Sequence record: MN850611.1
Length of the DNA stretch: 64,000 nucleotides
From: Escherichia phage nataliec
Reading direction: 5' to 3' (one strand)
The notes beneath the pieces were generated by a model. It made no database searches and was not told the DNA's origin. It saw only the letters and a program-made list of their open reading frames with translations. This document shows positions 45,807 through 55,982 of this stretch, piece by piece (the first letter of the stretch is position 1; each line of letters starts with the position of its first letter). Both the position numbers and the translations under genes were made by a program.

Positions 45807-46664
45807 ATGTCTAAAGTTGTTAAAATGAAAGCTCCGGTAGAGAAGTACAACGGTACTGAACGTCAAACTCTGCGTTACCTTCTGAAAGATGTCTGGTTTT
45901 ATTACCTGAACACTTCACCACGTCCGGGAAAAGGTAAGTCCATTGATAAGAAATTCCCAGGCAAAGACTGTAACTACAGCGTTTCAATTCTGGCAGAAGA
46001 TGGTAACAAGCTGTTTAAAGAGTTTACTAAGTCTAAGAAAAACCCAGAAGGTTGGGATAAAGTTACTACTGAAGCAGTTGATGCAGATGACTTCGAAGAG
46101 AAGTTTGGTTGCAAACCACCATTTGAAGCAGATACTTACTACATCTTGAAAGTAAGTCGTGCAGCAGCTTATAAAGATGGTGCTGTGTGGACAGCTAAAC
46201 AGTCATTCCCTGTAATGCTGATTGAAGAAGTAAATGGTAAGCGTGTAGCTGTTAAACAGCCGATGAAGAAAATCAAAGCTCAAGCATCTGACAAACATGA
46301 AGATGATAAGAACTATGATGTAATTCATCCAGATATTGCAGTTGGTAACGGTTCTTTTGGTAGTGTGATTCTCTCTACTCACTTCTACACTTTTGAGAAT
46401 AACGTTCTGACAAAACCTATTCAGGAACAGTTTATCATTGATACTCTTGTACCTTACACTGGTGGTAACGGTGCTAACGGTGAACCTGAACTGGATGAAG
46501 ATGAACTGGCTATGCTTGGTCTTGATGGCGTTGAAGATAACGGTGAAATCACTGAAGAAGATGCAACAGACCACAAACCTTCGAATGACTCTGATGATGG
46601 TGATGACGAAGACTTGCCGGACCCAGATGACGAAGAAGATGAAGACTTCGATACAGAAGACTAA
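45807..46664 (+). CDS. single-stranded DNA-binding protein (putative), acidic C-terminal tail
   Basis: C-terminal ~45 aa dominated by D/E (…DDGDDEDLPDPDDEEDEDFDTED); located in replication block. Confidence 0.5.
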   Translation: MSKVVKMKAPVEKYNGTERQTLRYLLKDVWFYYLNTSPRPGKGKSIDKKFPGKDCNYSVSILAEDGNKLFKEFTKSKKNPEGWDKVTTEAVDADDFEEKFGCKPPFEADTYYILKVSRAAAYKDGAVWTAKQSFPVMLIEEVNGKRVAVKQPMKKIKAQASDKHEDDKNYDVIHPDIAVGNGSFGSVILSTHFYTFENNVLTKPIQEQFIIDTLVPYTGGNGANGEPELDEDELAMLGLDGVEDNGEITEEDATDHKPSNDSDDGDDEDLPDPDDEEDEDFDTED

Positions 46665-46682
46665 TCTCTAAAAGTTACTTTA

Positions 46683-46710
46683 AAGCCCTGTACTTAGTAT
46701 GGGGCTTTTT
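46683..46710 (+). terminator. Rho-independent terminator
   Basis: agccc...gggct hairpin + TTTTT. Confidence 0.45.
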
Positions 46711-46726
46711 CATATGGAGAGCCATA

Positions 46727-47767
46727 ATGGAGAAGTACACATTAACAAAGCTTCCCGATTCAGTTACACATGTCTTTATTGACTCTGACAGCATTGCCTA
46801 TAAAGGTGCTTGTGTAGTTGAGAAAGCAAAATATAAATACGTCAATAAACTCACAGCAGAAGAATCTGAGCCATTTGATAATGCGAAAGATGCTGCAAGA
46901 TGGTTAGCAGACCAGAGAATCCTTGTGGAAGAGCTTGGCCTGACATTTGATGAAGATGAATGGGAAAGACAGACTTGGAAAGAAGCTAAGAGTGAAAAAG
47001 AAGCTATCATGGCTACTCAACAGGTGCTTCAGGAATGGCTTAAGGTTGTTGGTAAAGAAAGAACTTGGGTAGGTTATTTAACAGAGAAAGGTGTGCATAA
47101 ACATAAAGATATTAAAGGTCTTGAGCACCAATATCAAGGTAACCGTAAAGATGCTGTCACACCAACACACTTAGTTGCTTGTCGTGAGTATCTTCTGTCA
47201 AGACCAGAGTTCAAACTCTTAAAGGGGGGCTTCGAAGCCGATTCAATCGTAATTGCTAAAGCTGAAAAGATGGGTAAGAAAGCTGCTCTTATGAGTATTG
47301 ACAAAGACCTTCGACAAGCTGAAGGAACTTATTGTATTGATATGACTTATGAAAAGTCACCACTAATTTTTATTGCTGACAATAATGTTGGTGATATCTG
47401 GGATTGTCCTATCAAATCAAAACCAAAAGCTGCAAAAACAGTTGGTGTAGGTTTTAAATTCTTGTGTTATCAGGCTGTTGCTGGAGATAATGCAGACAAC
47501 TACTTTGGCCTTAAAGGTGCTGGTAAAGTAGCTGTGATGAATGCTTTAGAGGGTAAAGAGACCTACAAAGAGTGTCTTGACGCTATCTATGAACTCTATG
47601 CTAAAAAAGACTCTTATACCTATGTGTCATGGGATGGACAGACTGTTACAAAGACACCGTTAGAGTTAATGGAACAGCATTTCTGGGTGGCATATCAAGA
47701 GAGAAATCCAAAAGATAATTTCTCTTTTAAGAAATATAATTGGGAGCCGTGTATGAATGAAGATTAA
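46727..47767 (+). CDS. 5'-3' exonuclease / flap endonuclease (FEN-like)
   Basis: 'FIDSDS', 'GFEADSIVIA', 'SIDKDL', H3TH-like 'GLKGAGKVAVMNAL'. Confidence 0.6.
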   Translation: MEKYTLTKLPDSVTHVFIDSDSIAYKGACVVEKAKYKYVNKLTAEESEPFDNAKDAARWLADQRILVEELGLTFDEDEWERQTWKEAKSEKEAIMATQQVLQEWLKVVGKERTWVGYLTEKGVHKHKDIKGLEHQYQGNRKDAVTPTHLVACREYLLSRPEFKLLKGGFEADSIVIAKAEKMGKKAALMSIDKDLRQAEGTYCIDMTYEKSPLIFIADNNVGDIWDCPIKSKPKAAKTVGVGFKFLCYQAVAGDNADNYFGLKGAGKVAVMNALEGKETYKECLDAIYELYAKKDSYTYVSWDGQTVTKTPLELMEQHFWVAYQERNPKDNFSFKKYNWEPCMNED

Positions 47768-48254
47768 AGGATTTGGTAATTGCCCCACCTACGGTCATTG
47801 GGTATCTTTATGTGGGGAAGTTGACCCCACTAAACATTTTGGCTTTGTCTATTTAGTACACTGTAAGAAGACTGGACAATATTATATCGGAAAGAAACAG
47901 CTTAACAGTGTGACCAAAAGAAAAGTTGCTGGGAAGACTCGGAAGAAGGTAGTCACTAAGGAGAGTGATTGGATGACTTACGAAACATCTTCTGAGTATA
48001 TTAAAAAAGATATTGAGAGTTTTGGAAAAGAGTCTTTTGACTTTTACATTATCCAAACCTACTACACAAAAGGTGGTCTAGTTTATGGTGAAGCAAACCT
48101 TCAACATAAGTTCGATGTAATGACAAAAAGGATTGACTCGAAGCTCAGACTCTTCTACAATGCCAATATTGCAGCAATTAAGTTTATTACTAAAGAAACT
48201 TATGAAGATGCTGAAAAAAGAATCCATAAGGTAATGAAAGCAAATTGTGCTTGA
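47757..48254 (+). CDS. GIY-YIG homing endonuclease
   Basis: 'GFVYLVHCKKTGQYYIGKK' GIY-YIG motif. Confidence 0.65.
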   Translation: MKIKGFGNCPTYGHWVSLCGEVDPTKHFGFVYLVHCKKTGQYYIGKKQLNSVTKRKVAGKTRKKVVTKESDWMTYETSSEYIKKDIESFGKESFDFYIIQTYYTKGGLVYGEANLQHKFDVMTKRIDSKLRLFYNANIAAIKFITKETYEDAEKRIHKVMKANCA

Positions 48255-48260
48255 TAACTA

Positions 48261-48524
48261 TTGAGAGAGAATAAAATGTTTAACAAAAGTAAAGCTGTGA
48301 GTCATGTAGCAAAAGTTGACAGCAAGATTGAAGAACTTGAGCGCATCCTTGCAAATGCTAGAGAGTCAATACTCAAAGAAGTTGAAGCTGTTGAATCTCA
48401 AATGCAGCACCTAATGCTTAAACGTCAAGAGCTACGTGAGCATCTAGAATATATTGAAACACGAGAGCTAAAGGTTAACAAATATTTTAAGGAGTCCGAA
48501 TGTTTAACTCAAGAGAATCAGTAA
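48261..48524 (+). CDS. hypothetical coiled-coil protein
   Basis: track ORF. Confidence 0.4.
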   Translation: MRENKMFNKSKAVSHVAKVDSKIEELERILANARESILKEVEAVESQMQHLMLKRQELREHLEYIETRELKVNKYFKESECLTQENQ

Positions 48525-49255
48525 AAAACTGGAACCTTCGTTGTGGAAACACTCAAAAGCAACCTTACAGTAATGAGTATTGGGAATCTTTAAAATCTCA
48601 ATCTCTGTGTATGCTTGAAGAAGCAAAAGAGCTTGTAAAAGCAATTGAAGAGAAAGACCCCATTGAGACACTGGATGCTCAGGCGGATTTGCAATATGTT
48701 CTTGACGGATTGATTTATCTGTCACAACATGACCATAACGGTGCTATGAAAGCTGTTTGCCATAATAATGACCTGAAGTACACAGATGACTATGAAGAAG
48801 CTTTAAAACGTCTTGCAGACATTGAAAAGCGTACTGGTCAAGAGTGTATTATCAGAATGTCAGTAGTTGATGGTAAAGAGTGGTATGCGATTGTTCGTGC
48901 AGCCGATGGGAAGATTATGAAGCAATCAAATCTCCCTAAAGTACAGCTTGGTGAATACATTGTAGAGCTTGAAAGCCAAGAACTTTTTGTGGTAGTATCT
49001 GAGACATGCGTTATCTGCAAAGGTATTGTAGGTAGCTTAAAGGATTTGGGTGTAGATGGTTTTGTAGAAGTTAATCCAATTACCTCTAAAGCAGATAAAG
49101 ACTTCTGTAAAGAGAACGGACTATGGATTGCAGATATTGTCTACTATGATGGTGAGCAGTTCCATGTAACCTCATACCCGAAACTGAATTATGATGCTAA
49201 TAACCTGAAGTGCTGGTTAAAAGGGGTTGGTTATAATGGATTCACAGAACATTAA
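48500..49255 (+). CDS. hypothetical protein
   Basis: track ORF. Confidence 0.45.
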   Translation: MFNSRESVKNWNLRCGNTQKQPYSNEYWESLKSQSLCMLEEAKELVKAIEEKDPIETLDAQADLQYVLDGLIYLSQHDHNGAMKAVCHNNDLKYTDDYEEALKRLADIEKRTGQECIIRMSVVDGKEWYAIVRAADGKIMKQSNLPKVQLGEYIVELESQELFVVVSETCVICKGIVGSLKDLGVDGFVEVNPITSKADKDFCKENGLWIADIVYYDGEQFHVTSYPKLNYDANNLKCWLKGVGYNGFTEH

Positions 49256-49559
49256 TAAAGAGGGTGTGGCTCAGAAGAGCCACTTCTCAAACTACAATAT
49301 TTCTATGACGGTGTTTATGAATGACCCGTTACTAGAAAAATATGGTGAGACTCCAGATACACTTCTGGACAATGAACAAGTTTTAAAAGCAGTCCTGTAC
49401 AAATATGGGATTGATATTGAGAAAGAGTATTCCTTTGAAATCTGCCAACACAGGAATACTTTCGGTAAAGTTGTGATGGCTCCGCTCTTTATGGGTGTAG
49501 AAAGGACTGACTATGGTTGGTTGTATCTAAAAAGAAACTTGGAGAAATACCGTGTCTAA
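49227..49559 (+). CDS. hypothetical protein
   Basis: track ORF. Confidence 0.4.
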   Translation: MVIMDSQNINKEGVAQKSHFSNYNISMTVFMNDPLLEKYGETPDTLLDNEQVLKAVLYKYGIDIEKEYSFEICQHRNTFGKVVMAPLFMGVERTDYGWLYLKRNLEKYRV

Positions 49560-49890
49560 AGCAAAAAAGCTATCTTATGATGACATTATCTCAAGTGTTA
49601 AGCTAGGTGTTGACAGCATCGGACAAGACGTTAAGCACGGAGACACAGTTATGTACTGTGATGACCGAAGAGGTAGAAGTGCAATCTTGTTTGGAAGAGT
49701 TGTTTGCAAGATGCGAGGTAATTACGTTGTTGCAGACATGGATGTGAACGTTACACAAAAACTTGAAACAATTATGGATGATAATACATCATCATGGTTC
49801 TCCCTGAATTGTATGCACACTTCTTCAGTCACAAAGGTAAGTGATAAGTTTTACGATATGTGGCAGAATGAGCAAATTTTCAAGATTTAA
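49552..49890 (+). CDS. hypothetical protein
   Basis: track ORF followed by terminator. Confidence 0.4.
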   Translation: MSKAKKLSYDDIISSVKLGVDSIGQDVKHGDTVMYCDDRRGRSAILFGRVVCKMRGNYVVADMDVNVTQKLETIMDDNTSSWFSLNCMHTSSVTKVSDKFYDMWQNEQIFKI

Positions 49891-49894
49891 ACTA

Positions 49895-49918
49895 GGGAGC
49901 CTCTTCGGAGGCTCTTTT
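49895..49918 (+). terminator. Rho-independent terminator
   Basis: gagcctc-ttcg-gaggctc + TTTT. Confidence 0.6.
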
Positions 49919-49936
49919 CATCTGTAGGATTCAAAA

Positions 49937-52171
49937 ATGATTAAGACAATTAAAAAATCAAATGGTACAGTAGTAAGCTTTGACCCAGAAAGACTGAATA
50001 AGTGGGCATCATGGGCAGATAAACGTGGAATTATCTGGTCAGAAGTCACTATGGAAGCCATGAAACGTGTCTATGAGGGTTGCACCACAAAAGAGATGCA
50101 CCAAGCCATGATTGATGTTTGTGTTGATAAACAAACTCAAGAATACTCAGATATGGCTGGACGGCTACTTTTGGGTATTATCTACAAAGAAGCCTTTGGA
50201 GGCTTTACTAAGGTTCCTACGCTGGTTACCTTCGTTAAAAATATGGAGAGAGCAGGACTTTGGGAGAAGATGGATTATTCACAGGAAGAGCTTGAATACC
50301 TGCAAGGTTACATCGTACATTCAAAAGATATCTCTTACGGTTATGCAGTCTTGAAACAGTTCAGAGACAAGTATGGTATCCGTGATATTAAAACGGGAAG
50401 ACTTTTTGAGTCACCACAATTTATGTTTATGGGTATGGCTATGAAAGCCTTTGAGAAGCAACCAAAGCACCGTAGACTGCAAGATGTTATCAAGCTGTAC
50501 ACTTACCTATCTGACCTGAAGATTAACGCTCCTACACCTTATTTAAACGGTTTAAGAGCAACTAAATCAGGTTATGCGTCATGCTGTTTGATTAAGGCAA
50601 ATGATACTGCTGAGTCTCTCGGTATTGCTGCAAAGGTTGCTTATGATATGACCACAAAGCAAGCTGGTATTGGTATGCTGATGGAGACACGTACTATTGG
50701 TGATGGTATCCGTCAAAATACGATTGAGCACATGGGTAAACTGCCTTATTACAAGCTTGTACGTTCATCTGTAGAGGCAAACAAACAGAAGAGTCGTGGT
50801 GGTTCAGCTAATAACTTCTACACTGCTCTAGACCCGCAGATTGAAGATTTACTGCGTTTGAAGCACCCTACAACGGTTCCTTCTAAACGTATTAATGAGA
50901 TGGACTACTCATTCGGCACAAACGATTATTTCTGGCAGTGTGTTCAGTATGATACAGATTGGTTGTTATTCTCTTACAAAGATGCACCAAAACTCTATGA
51001 CATGTTCTACACAGCATCTGCTGATGAGTTTGCTATGGCAGTTGGCCATGCAGTACATTCAGGAGTTAAGCACAGACGAGTAAAGGCTCGTGAAATTGCT
51101 AAGCTGTTTATTCAACAGCGTTATGCTACAGGTCGTGTGTATCCATTCTTCACAAATAATGCGAACACACATACACCATTTAAAGAACCATTGAAGATGT
51201 CAAATCTTTGTATGGAAATTGTATTGCCAGTGTATGGTTTTGAGAAAGAGACAGACCTTTACAGAGACGATGCTGTGAAAGAGGATGGTGAGGTGGCTCT
51301 TTGCTTCCTAGCTAGTTTGGTTGCAGGGAGAATTTCAGAAGATGAATACGCTGACGTTGCTTATTATGCTCTTGCAATGGTTGACTCCGTTATTGACCTT
51401 ATGGATTATCCGTATCCGTCGATGCGTAACCATGTTCAGAAGCGTCGTTCTGTTGGGATTGGCCTTACAAATGTGGCTCATTACCTTGCGAAGAACTACG
51501 TGAACTACTCTTCACGAGCAGGTAAGACGAAGCTTCATGAACTTGCAGAGATGCACTCTTACTATCTGCATGAAGCCTCTCTGAGACTTGCTAAAGAGCG
51601 TGGCGTTCCAGAGTACATGAAGTTCACTAAGTATCCTGAAGGCTGGGTTCCTCCAAAGACAGCTAACAAGAAGATTGATGAAAAGCATGATGCAAAACTA
51701 CGATATGATTGGGATGACTTAGCACAACGTATCAAAGAAAATGGTGGAATCCGAAACTCTGTATTAGAAGCTTACATGCCTAATGAGAGTTCTTCACTAG
51801 CAACTAATACGACAAATGGCTTGTACCCAATTCGTGACTTTATTTTAACTAAAAAGTCTGCAACTGGTAACGTACTGTTTATTGTTCCAGATTATGAAGA
51901 ACTGAAGTATGTCTATGAAATTGCTTGGGATATTGACACCTTTGATATGATTGATTGTTATGCAATTGTTCAAAAGTTCACTGGTCAAGCTATCTCTTCA
52001 GACTTCTATGTTGACTATGCAAAGTCTAAGAAGGTATCATTGGCTCAAGCTTTGAAGTACATGATTTATGCCAACTCGGTAGGTATGAAAACCATGTACT
52101 ACCTTAACAGTCGCATTGGTGTAGGTAAATCTGCACTGCAAGATGCTTATTGCGAGGGCTGTGGTGTTTAG
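49937..52171 (+). CDS. nrdA: ribonucleotide reductase class Ia large subunit
   Basis: N-terminal ATP-cone, 'SNLCMEI' active-site motif, C-terminal Cys pair 'YCEGCGV'. Confidence 0.85.
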   Translation: MIKTIKKSNGTVVSFDPERLNKWASWADKRGIIWSEVTMEAMKRVYEGCTTKEMHQAMIDVCVDKQTQEYSDMAGRLLLGIIYKEAFGGFTKVPTLVTFVKNMERAGLWEKMDYSQEELEYLQGYIVHSKDISYGYAVLKQFRDKYGIRDIKTGRLFESPQFMFMGMAMKAFEKQPKHRRLQDVIKLYTYLSDLKINAPTPYLNGLRATKSGYASCCLIKANDTAESLGIAAKVAYDMTTKQAGIGMLMETRTIGDGIRQNTIEHMGKLPYYKLVRSSVEANKQKSRGGSANNFYTALDPQIEDLLRLKHPTTVPSKRINEMDYSFGTNDYFWQCVQYDTDWLLFSYKDAPKLYDMFYTASADEFAMAVGHAVHSGVKHRRVKAREIAKLFIQQRYATGRVYPFFTNNANTHTPFKEPLKMSNLCMEIVLPVYGFEKETDLYRDDAVKEDGEVALCFLASLVAGRISEDEYADVAYYALAMVDSVIDLMDYPYPSMRNHVQKRRSVGIGLTNVAHYLAKNYVNYSSRAGKTKLHELAEMHSYYLHEASLRLAKERGVPEYMKFTKYPEGWVPPKTANKKIDEKHDAKLRYDWDDLAQRIKENGGIRNSVLEAYMPNESSSLATNTTNGLYPIRDFILTKKSATGNVLFIVPDYEELKYVYEIAWDIDTFDMIDCYAIVQKFTGQAISSDFYVDYAKSKKVSLAQALKYMIYANSVGMKTMYYLNSRIGVGKSALQDAYCEGCGV

Positions 52172-52226
52172 TTTTAATAACTATGAGGGTCGTAAAAGAC
52201 CCTCTAAAAATAACTTTGGAGAGACC

Positions 52227-52484
52227 ATGAAAGATTTAATAGAAAAACATGAGCGACCAATATACTTGCTCTACAAACCCCGCAAAACATTGTACTATGT
52301 GAGCAGCACAGGTATCATGATAAAGCAGAATGATGACTTATGGGTCACTGGAGCCTCTTACATCTCTACAGCAGATGGTAAAATCTACGCAAGACCTTAT
52401 GAGATGTTTAACAAAGAGAATTGGGAAGTTTTAGACAGAAAACAAGCCTTAGAAATGATAAAGAAAGGAGAAATCACGCTATGA
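52227..52484 (+). CDS. hypothetical protein between nrdA and nrdB
   Basis: track ORF 52143-52484 trimmed to ATG after GGAGAG. Confidence 0.35.
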   Translation: MKDLIEKHERPIYLLYKPRKTLYYVSSTGIMIKQNDDLWVTGASYISTADGKIYARPYEMFNKENWEVLDRKQALEMIKKGEITL

Positions 52485-53554
52485 TTAACCAGCACCCAAT
52501 CTTTTTAGGTGGTGAGAGAAAAACTTTTGACTCACTTAATAAACACTACCCAAAAATCTTCGAACTTTATAAACAACAAAAAGCACAAGACTGGTCAGAA
52601 GATGAGTTCCCTTTTGAACAATCACGTCTTGATTTTGAGAGTGTCCCAGCATCAATGTCAGGTGTAATGCTTGAGATTCTTAAGTGGCAGTGGGAAGCAG
52701 ACACTCAAGTTGCTAAGAGCTTGGCATTTGCCTTTGCACCCTTTATCTCTGATGACATCTATGCAACTGCAATTATGAAGCAGTCTGAGATTGAAAACCT
52801 ACACGCTCTCACTTACTCAGAGATTGTAAGACAATGTATTAAAAACCCTGAAACAATCTTAGATGAGATTAACCAGAATGTTGCTGTACAAGACCGATTA
52901 AAAACTGTGAATCGTGTTCTTGAAGAATTACTGGATGAAGGTATAAACTATCGTCTGAGTTATGTGCGTGACTCACTTCTGGACAAAGACCCTTTACACT
53001 TCCATAAAGTGATTCTAAAAGGTCTATTTGCAGTGACTGCACTTGAAGGTATTTCTTTTATGGCATCTTTTGCATGTACTTTTGCACTTGATGCTCAAGA
53101 TAAATTTCAAGGTATTGCTCAAGCTGTCCAGAAAATTATGCTTGACGAAATCCTTCACACTAAAATTGATATTGAAGTTTTAAAAGAAACTTTAAGAGAT
53201 GATGAGTGGCAAAAAGCTTTCCAACAAATTCTTCCAGAGATTAAAGTAATCTTAGATGAAGTAGTTGAAAGTGAAGAGAAATGGTCGTATTATATCTTCT
53301 CCGAAGGACGTGCTGTAGTTGGGTTAAATACAAAGCTTCTTCATGAGTGGGTTTACTATAATGCTGCCCCACTGTATGATATGTTTGGCATTCCCAGAGA
53401 TTTTGTAGCTCCTAAAGAACCACCTTTGAAGTATATGATTAAGAAGATGGAAATTGATAAAGAGCAGAATGCTAATCAGGAGCAACAGAACGGTGCGTAT
53501 TTATTGAATACTGTTGTAGATGATTTGAATAGTGGATTTTTAGAGGTTCCTTAA
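52481..53554 (+). CDS. nrdB: ribonucleotide reductase class Ia small subunit
   Basis: di-iron ligand motifs 'EIENLHALTYSE' and 'DEILH'; start MINQHP overlapping upstream stop (ATGA). Confidence 0.8.
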   Translation: MINQHPIFLGGERKTFDSLNKHYPKIFELYKQQKAQDWSEDEFPFEQSRLDFESVPASMSGVMLEILKWQWEADTQVAKSLAFAFAPFISDDIYATAIMKQSEIENLHALTYSEIVRQCIKNPETILDEINQNVAVQDRLKTVNRVLEELLDEGINYRLSYVRDSLLDKDPLHFHKVILKGLFAVTALEGISFMASFACTFALDAQDKFQGIAQAVQKIMLDEILHTKIDIEVLKETLRDDEWQKAFQQILPEIKVILDEVVESEEKWSYYIFSEGRAVVGLNTKLLHEWVYYNAAPLYDMFGIPRDFVAPKEPPLKYMIKKMEIDKEQNANQEQQNGAYLLNTVVDDLNSGFLEVP

Positions 53555-53796
53555 TGACTTATGTAATTTACTCCAAAACTGGATGCCCTCAGTGTGAGAC
53601 TGCAAAGAATTTTGCGAAAGCTCGTGGTATTGACCATGTTGTGAGAATGTTAGGGCAGGATTATGAACTGCCAGACCTGATGGATATTGCACAGATGCCA
53701 GTTCGTCAGATGCCATTCATCATGAAAACTGACGGTCAAAACCTAAAACCTGTTGGAACGCTACAGAATTTTATGGCAGAGGTGAATAATGCTTAA
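53554..53796 (+). CDS. glutaredoxin/NrdH-like redoxin
   Basis: 'CPQC' active site; 80 aa; adjacent to RNR genes. Confidence 0.75.
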   Translation: MTYVIYSKTGCPQCETAKNFAKARGIDHVVRMLGQDYELPDLMDIAQMPVRQMPFIMKTDGQNLKPVGTLQNFMAEVNNA

Positions 53797-53995
53797 ACGC
53801 CTTTGGGAAGGTTTGGTTGTTGATGCACCAGCTATTGTGATTGGTATGCTTGTTGTTAACCTATTTACTGATTTTGAACAAGGTTCATTGTTTGGAGCCA
53901 TGTTACTATGGGTTATCTTTGAAATATTAGAGATACAGCTAGGCATCACTGAAAAACTAAGAAAACTCGTTTCAAAGTTTTCTAAAAAGATTTAA
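53789..53995 (+). CDS. hypothetical small membrane protein
   Basis: hydrophobic 68-aa ORF. Confidence 0.4.
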   Translation: MLKRLWEGLVVDAPAIVIGMLVVNLFTDFEQGSLFGAMLLWVIFEILEIQLGITEKLRKLVSKFSKKI

Positions 53996-54002
53996 AATGA
54001 AA

Positions 54003-54025
54003 GGGTCTCTTCGGAGACCTTTTTA
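54003..54025 (+). terminator. Rho-independent terminator
   Basis: ggtctc-ttcg-gagacc + TTTTT. Confidence 0.6.
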
Positions 54026-54043
54026 GCATGTAAAGGGGCAATA

Positions 54044-55240
54044 ATGAACAAAGTACAGATTATTAAAAAGAATGGCTCACTTGAAGAACCTGATATCAAA
54101 AAAGTTTTAGCAGCAGTAACTAAGTCAGCTAACAGGGTTGGATATAAAGAACTCCCACCAGATGTTACCCAAGCTCTTGAGTCAGCATTTATGAGGATTC
54201 TGGTAAAGTCCACTAAGCAGAATAATTTACTCATCTCAGTCAATGATATTCACAGCATTGTTGAGGGTGCTTTGGCAGAAGTCAATCACGAGATTTATGA
54301 GTCTTACTCAACATATAGAAATTACCGGAAAGAGGTTGCTCAAAATTGGGATGAGCTTTACCAAAAGACTAGAGACACGCTCTTCTTAGGTGACCGTGAA
54401 AATGCTAACTTTGACAGCAGTTTAATTTCTACGAAAGGTTCAATTATCCGTGGTTACCTGACTAAAGAAATCTTTAAACAGTATCATCTAACACCAGAGG
54501 AACTTGAAGCCATTGAGAAAGGCTTTATCTATATCCATGATTTAAGAGACCTGATTTTTGGTGGTATTAACTGTTGCCTGTTTGACATTGGTAAAGTACT
54601 AAAAGGTGGCTTTGAAATGTCCGGCATTGAGTACTGTGAACCTAAATCTGTACTGTCAGCGTTGCAGGTTATTGGTGACGTAGTACTTTCAGCAACTGCA
54701 CAGCAATTTGGTGGTTTTACTTTAGCAGAGATTGATAAGGTACTTGTACCGTATGCTAAGAAGTCTCTACGCTATCATGCTGAGAAAGCAGCATCTTATG
54801 GTATTCCTAAAGAACATTACCACAATTATGTCATGGAGCAGCTACAGATTGAACTGACTCAAGGTTTCCAGTCACTTGAAATGAAACTAAACACTGTACC
54901 TTGTAGCCGTGGGGATTTTGCATTCACAACTTTGACATTCGGGTTACTTGACTCAGATATGTCCAATGAAGATAACCGACTGCAATATATGATTGCAAGT
55001 ACCCTCCTAGATGTTCGTATGAATGGTCAAGGTAAGAGCAAGAAACCTGTTGTATTCCCTAAACTGGTTTATATTTATGACCAGAAGAGACATGATGAAA
55101 ATATCTGTCAAAGTCACCTGTACAGTAAAGCTATTGAGTGTTGCTCTAAAGCAATGTATCCAGACTTCTTAAGTGTATCTGGTCATGGTGCTGTAGCAGA
55201 GGCTTTTGAGCGTTCTGGTAAGGTTATTTCACCGATGGGT
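54044..55240 (+). CDS. nrdD: anaerobic ribonucleotide reductase (class III) large subunit, exon 1
   Basis: N-terminal ATP-cone; reading frame continues into exon 2 at 55983 if intron 55241-55982 is removed. Confidence 0.7.
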
Positions 55241-55982
55241 TAACAAGCTCTATAGCTCATCTAAAACGTGCCTAAACAGGGAAACTCTACAGATGTAGAC
55301 AATCCTGTGCTAAATGATGTACGATGTAAGAAACTATACAACATAGGAGTCTTACATGCCAAACTATCACGTCACTGAAGATGGAAAAGTCTTTAGGGAA
55401 AATGGTGTAGAGCTTACGCAGTGGAAATCCAACACTGGGTATATGAAAGTGAGGTTTTACGGTAAGAAGAATCGTGACATGTATGTCCACAGGTTAGTTG
55501 CTGAGAAATATGTACCTAACCCGAACAATCTTCCAATTGTAAAACATAAGGACGATAACAAACTAAATAACCACGTATCTAACTTAGAATGGGGTACTCA
55601 TTCTGAGAATGCTAAAGAAGGTTATGAGAATGGATGTTACAAGTTCCACAAGCGTTCATATGCCGTGAAAGCCACACACAAAGTGACAAAGGAAGTTATT
55701 GTTACTAAGTCAATACGAGAGTTATCCAATATACTTGGATACAATCGCAAGACCATCTCTTCAATATTGAAGGGTGTAAAAGAGCATAATAACTTCGAAT
55801 ATGAGTTTGAATACATCTAAATGCCGAACGACTAACCGTGATGAATGTAGCGGTGTAGGGTCAAGCGACTCGAAATGGTACGCTACTTAGAAATAAGTAG
55901 AAGATATAGTCTGGACTTACTGGCGACAGTAAGCAGCTTGAATAAAGCGGGGTAAGCTTAGCGAACTTACCTGAACAATAAG
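55241..55982 (+). mobile_element. group I intron in nrdD carrying an HNH endonuclease ORF
   Basis: conserved P7-type element 'agatatagtc' at 55902-55911; 3' end '...tgaacaataag'; 5' exon ends in T; splicing restores frame; HNH ORF inside. Confidence 0.6.
55356..55820 (+). CDS. HNH homing endonuclease (intron-encoded)
   Basis: 'VHRLVAEKYVPNP...HKDDNKLNNHVSNLEWGTHSEN' HNH_3-type motif. Confidence 0.7.
   Translation: MPNYHVTEDGKVFRENGVELTQWKSNTGYMKVRFYGKKNRDMYVHRLVAEKYVPNPNNLPIVKHKDDNKLNNHVSNLEWGTHSENAKEGYENGCYKFHKRSYAVKATHKVTKEVIVTKSIRELSNILGYNRKTISSILKGVKEHNNFEYEFEYI

Noticed and set aside
52421-52480. Upstream extension of nrdB (track start 52421)
   Set aside because: Overlaps the preceding ORF; the conserved N-terminus begins at MINQHP (52481) with an ATGA stop-start overlap.
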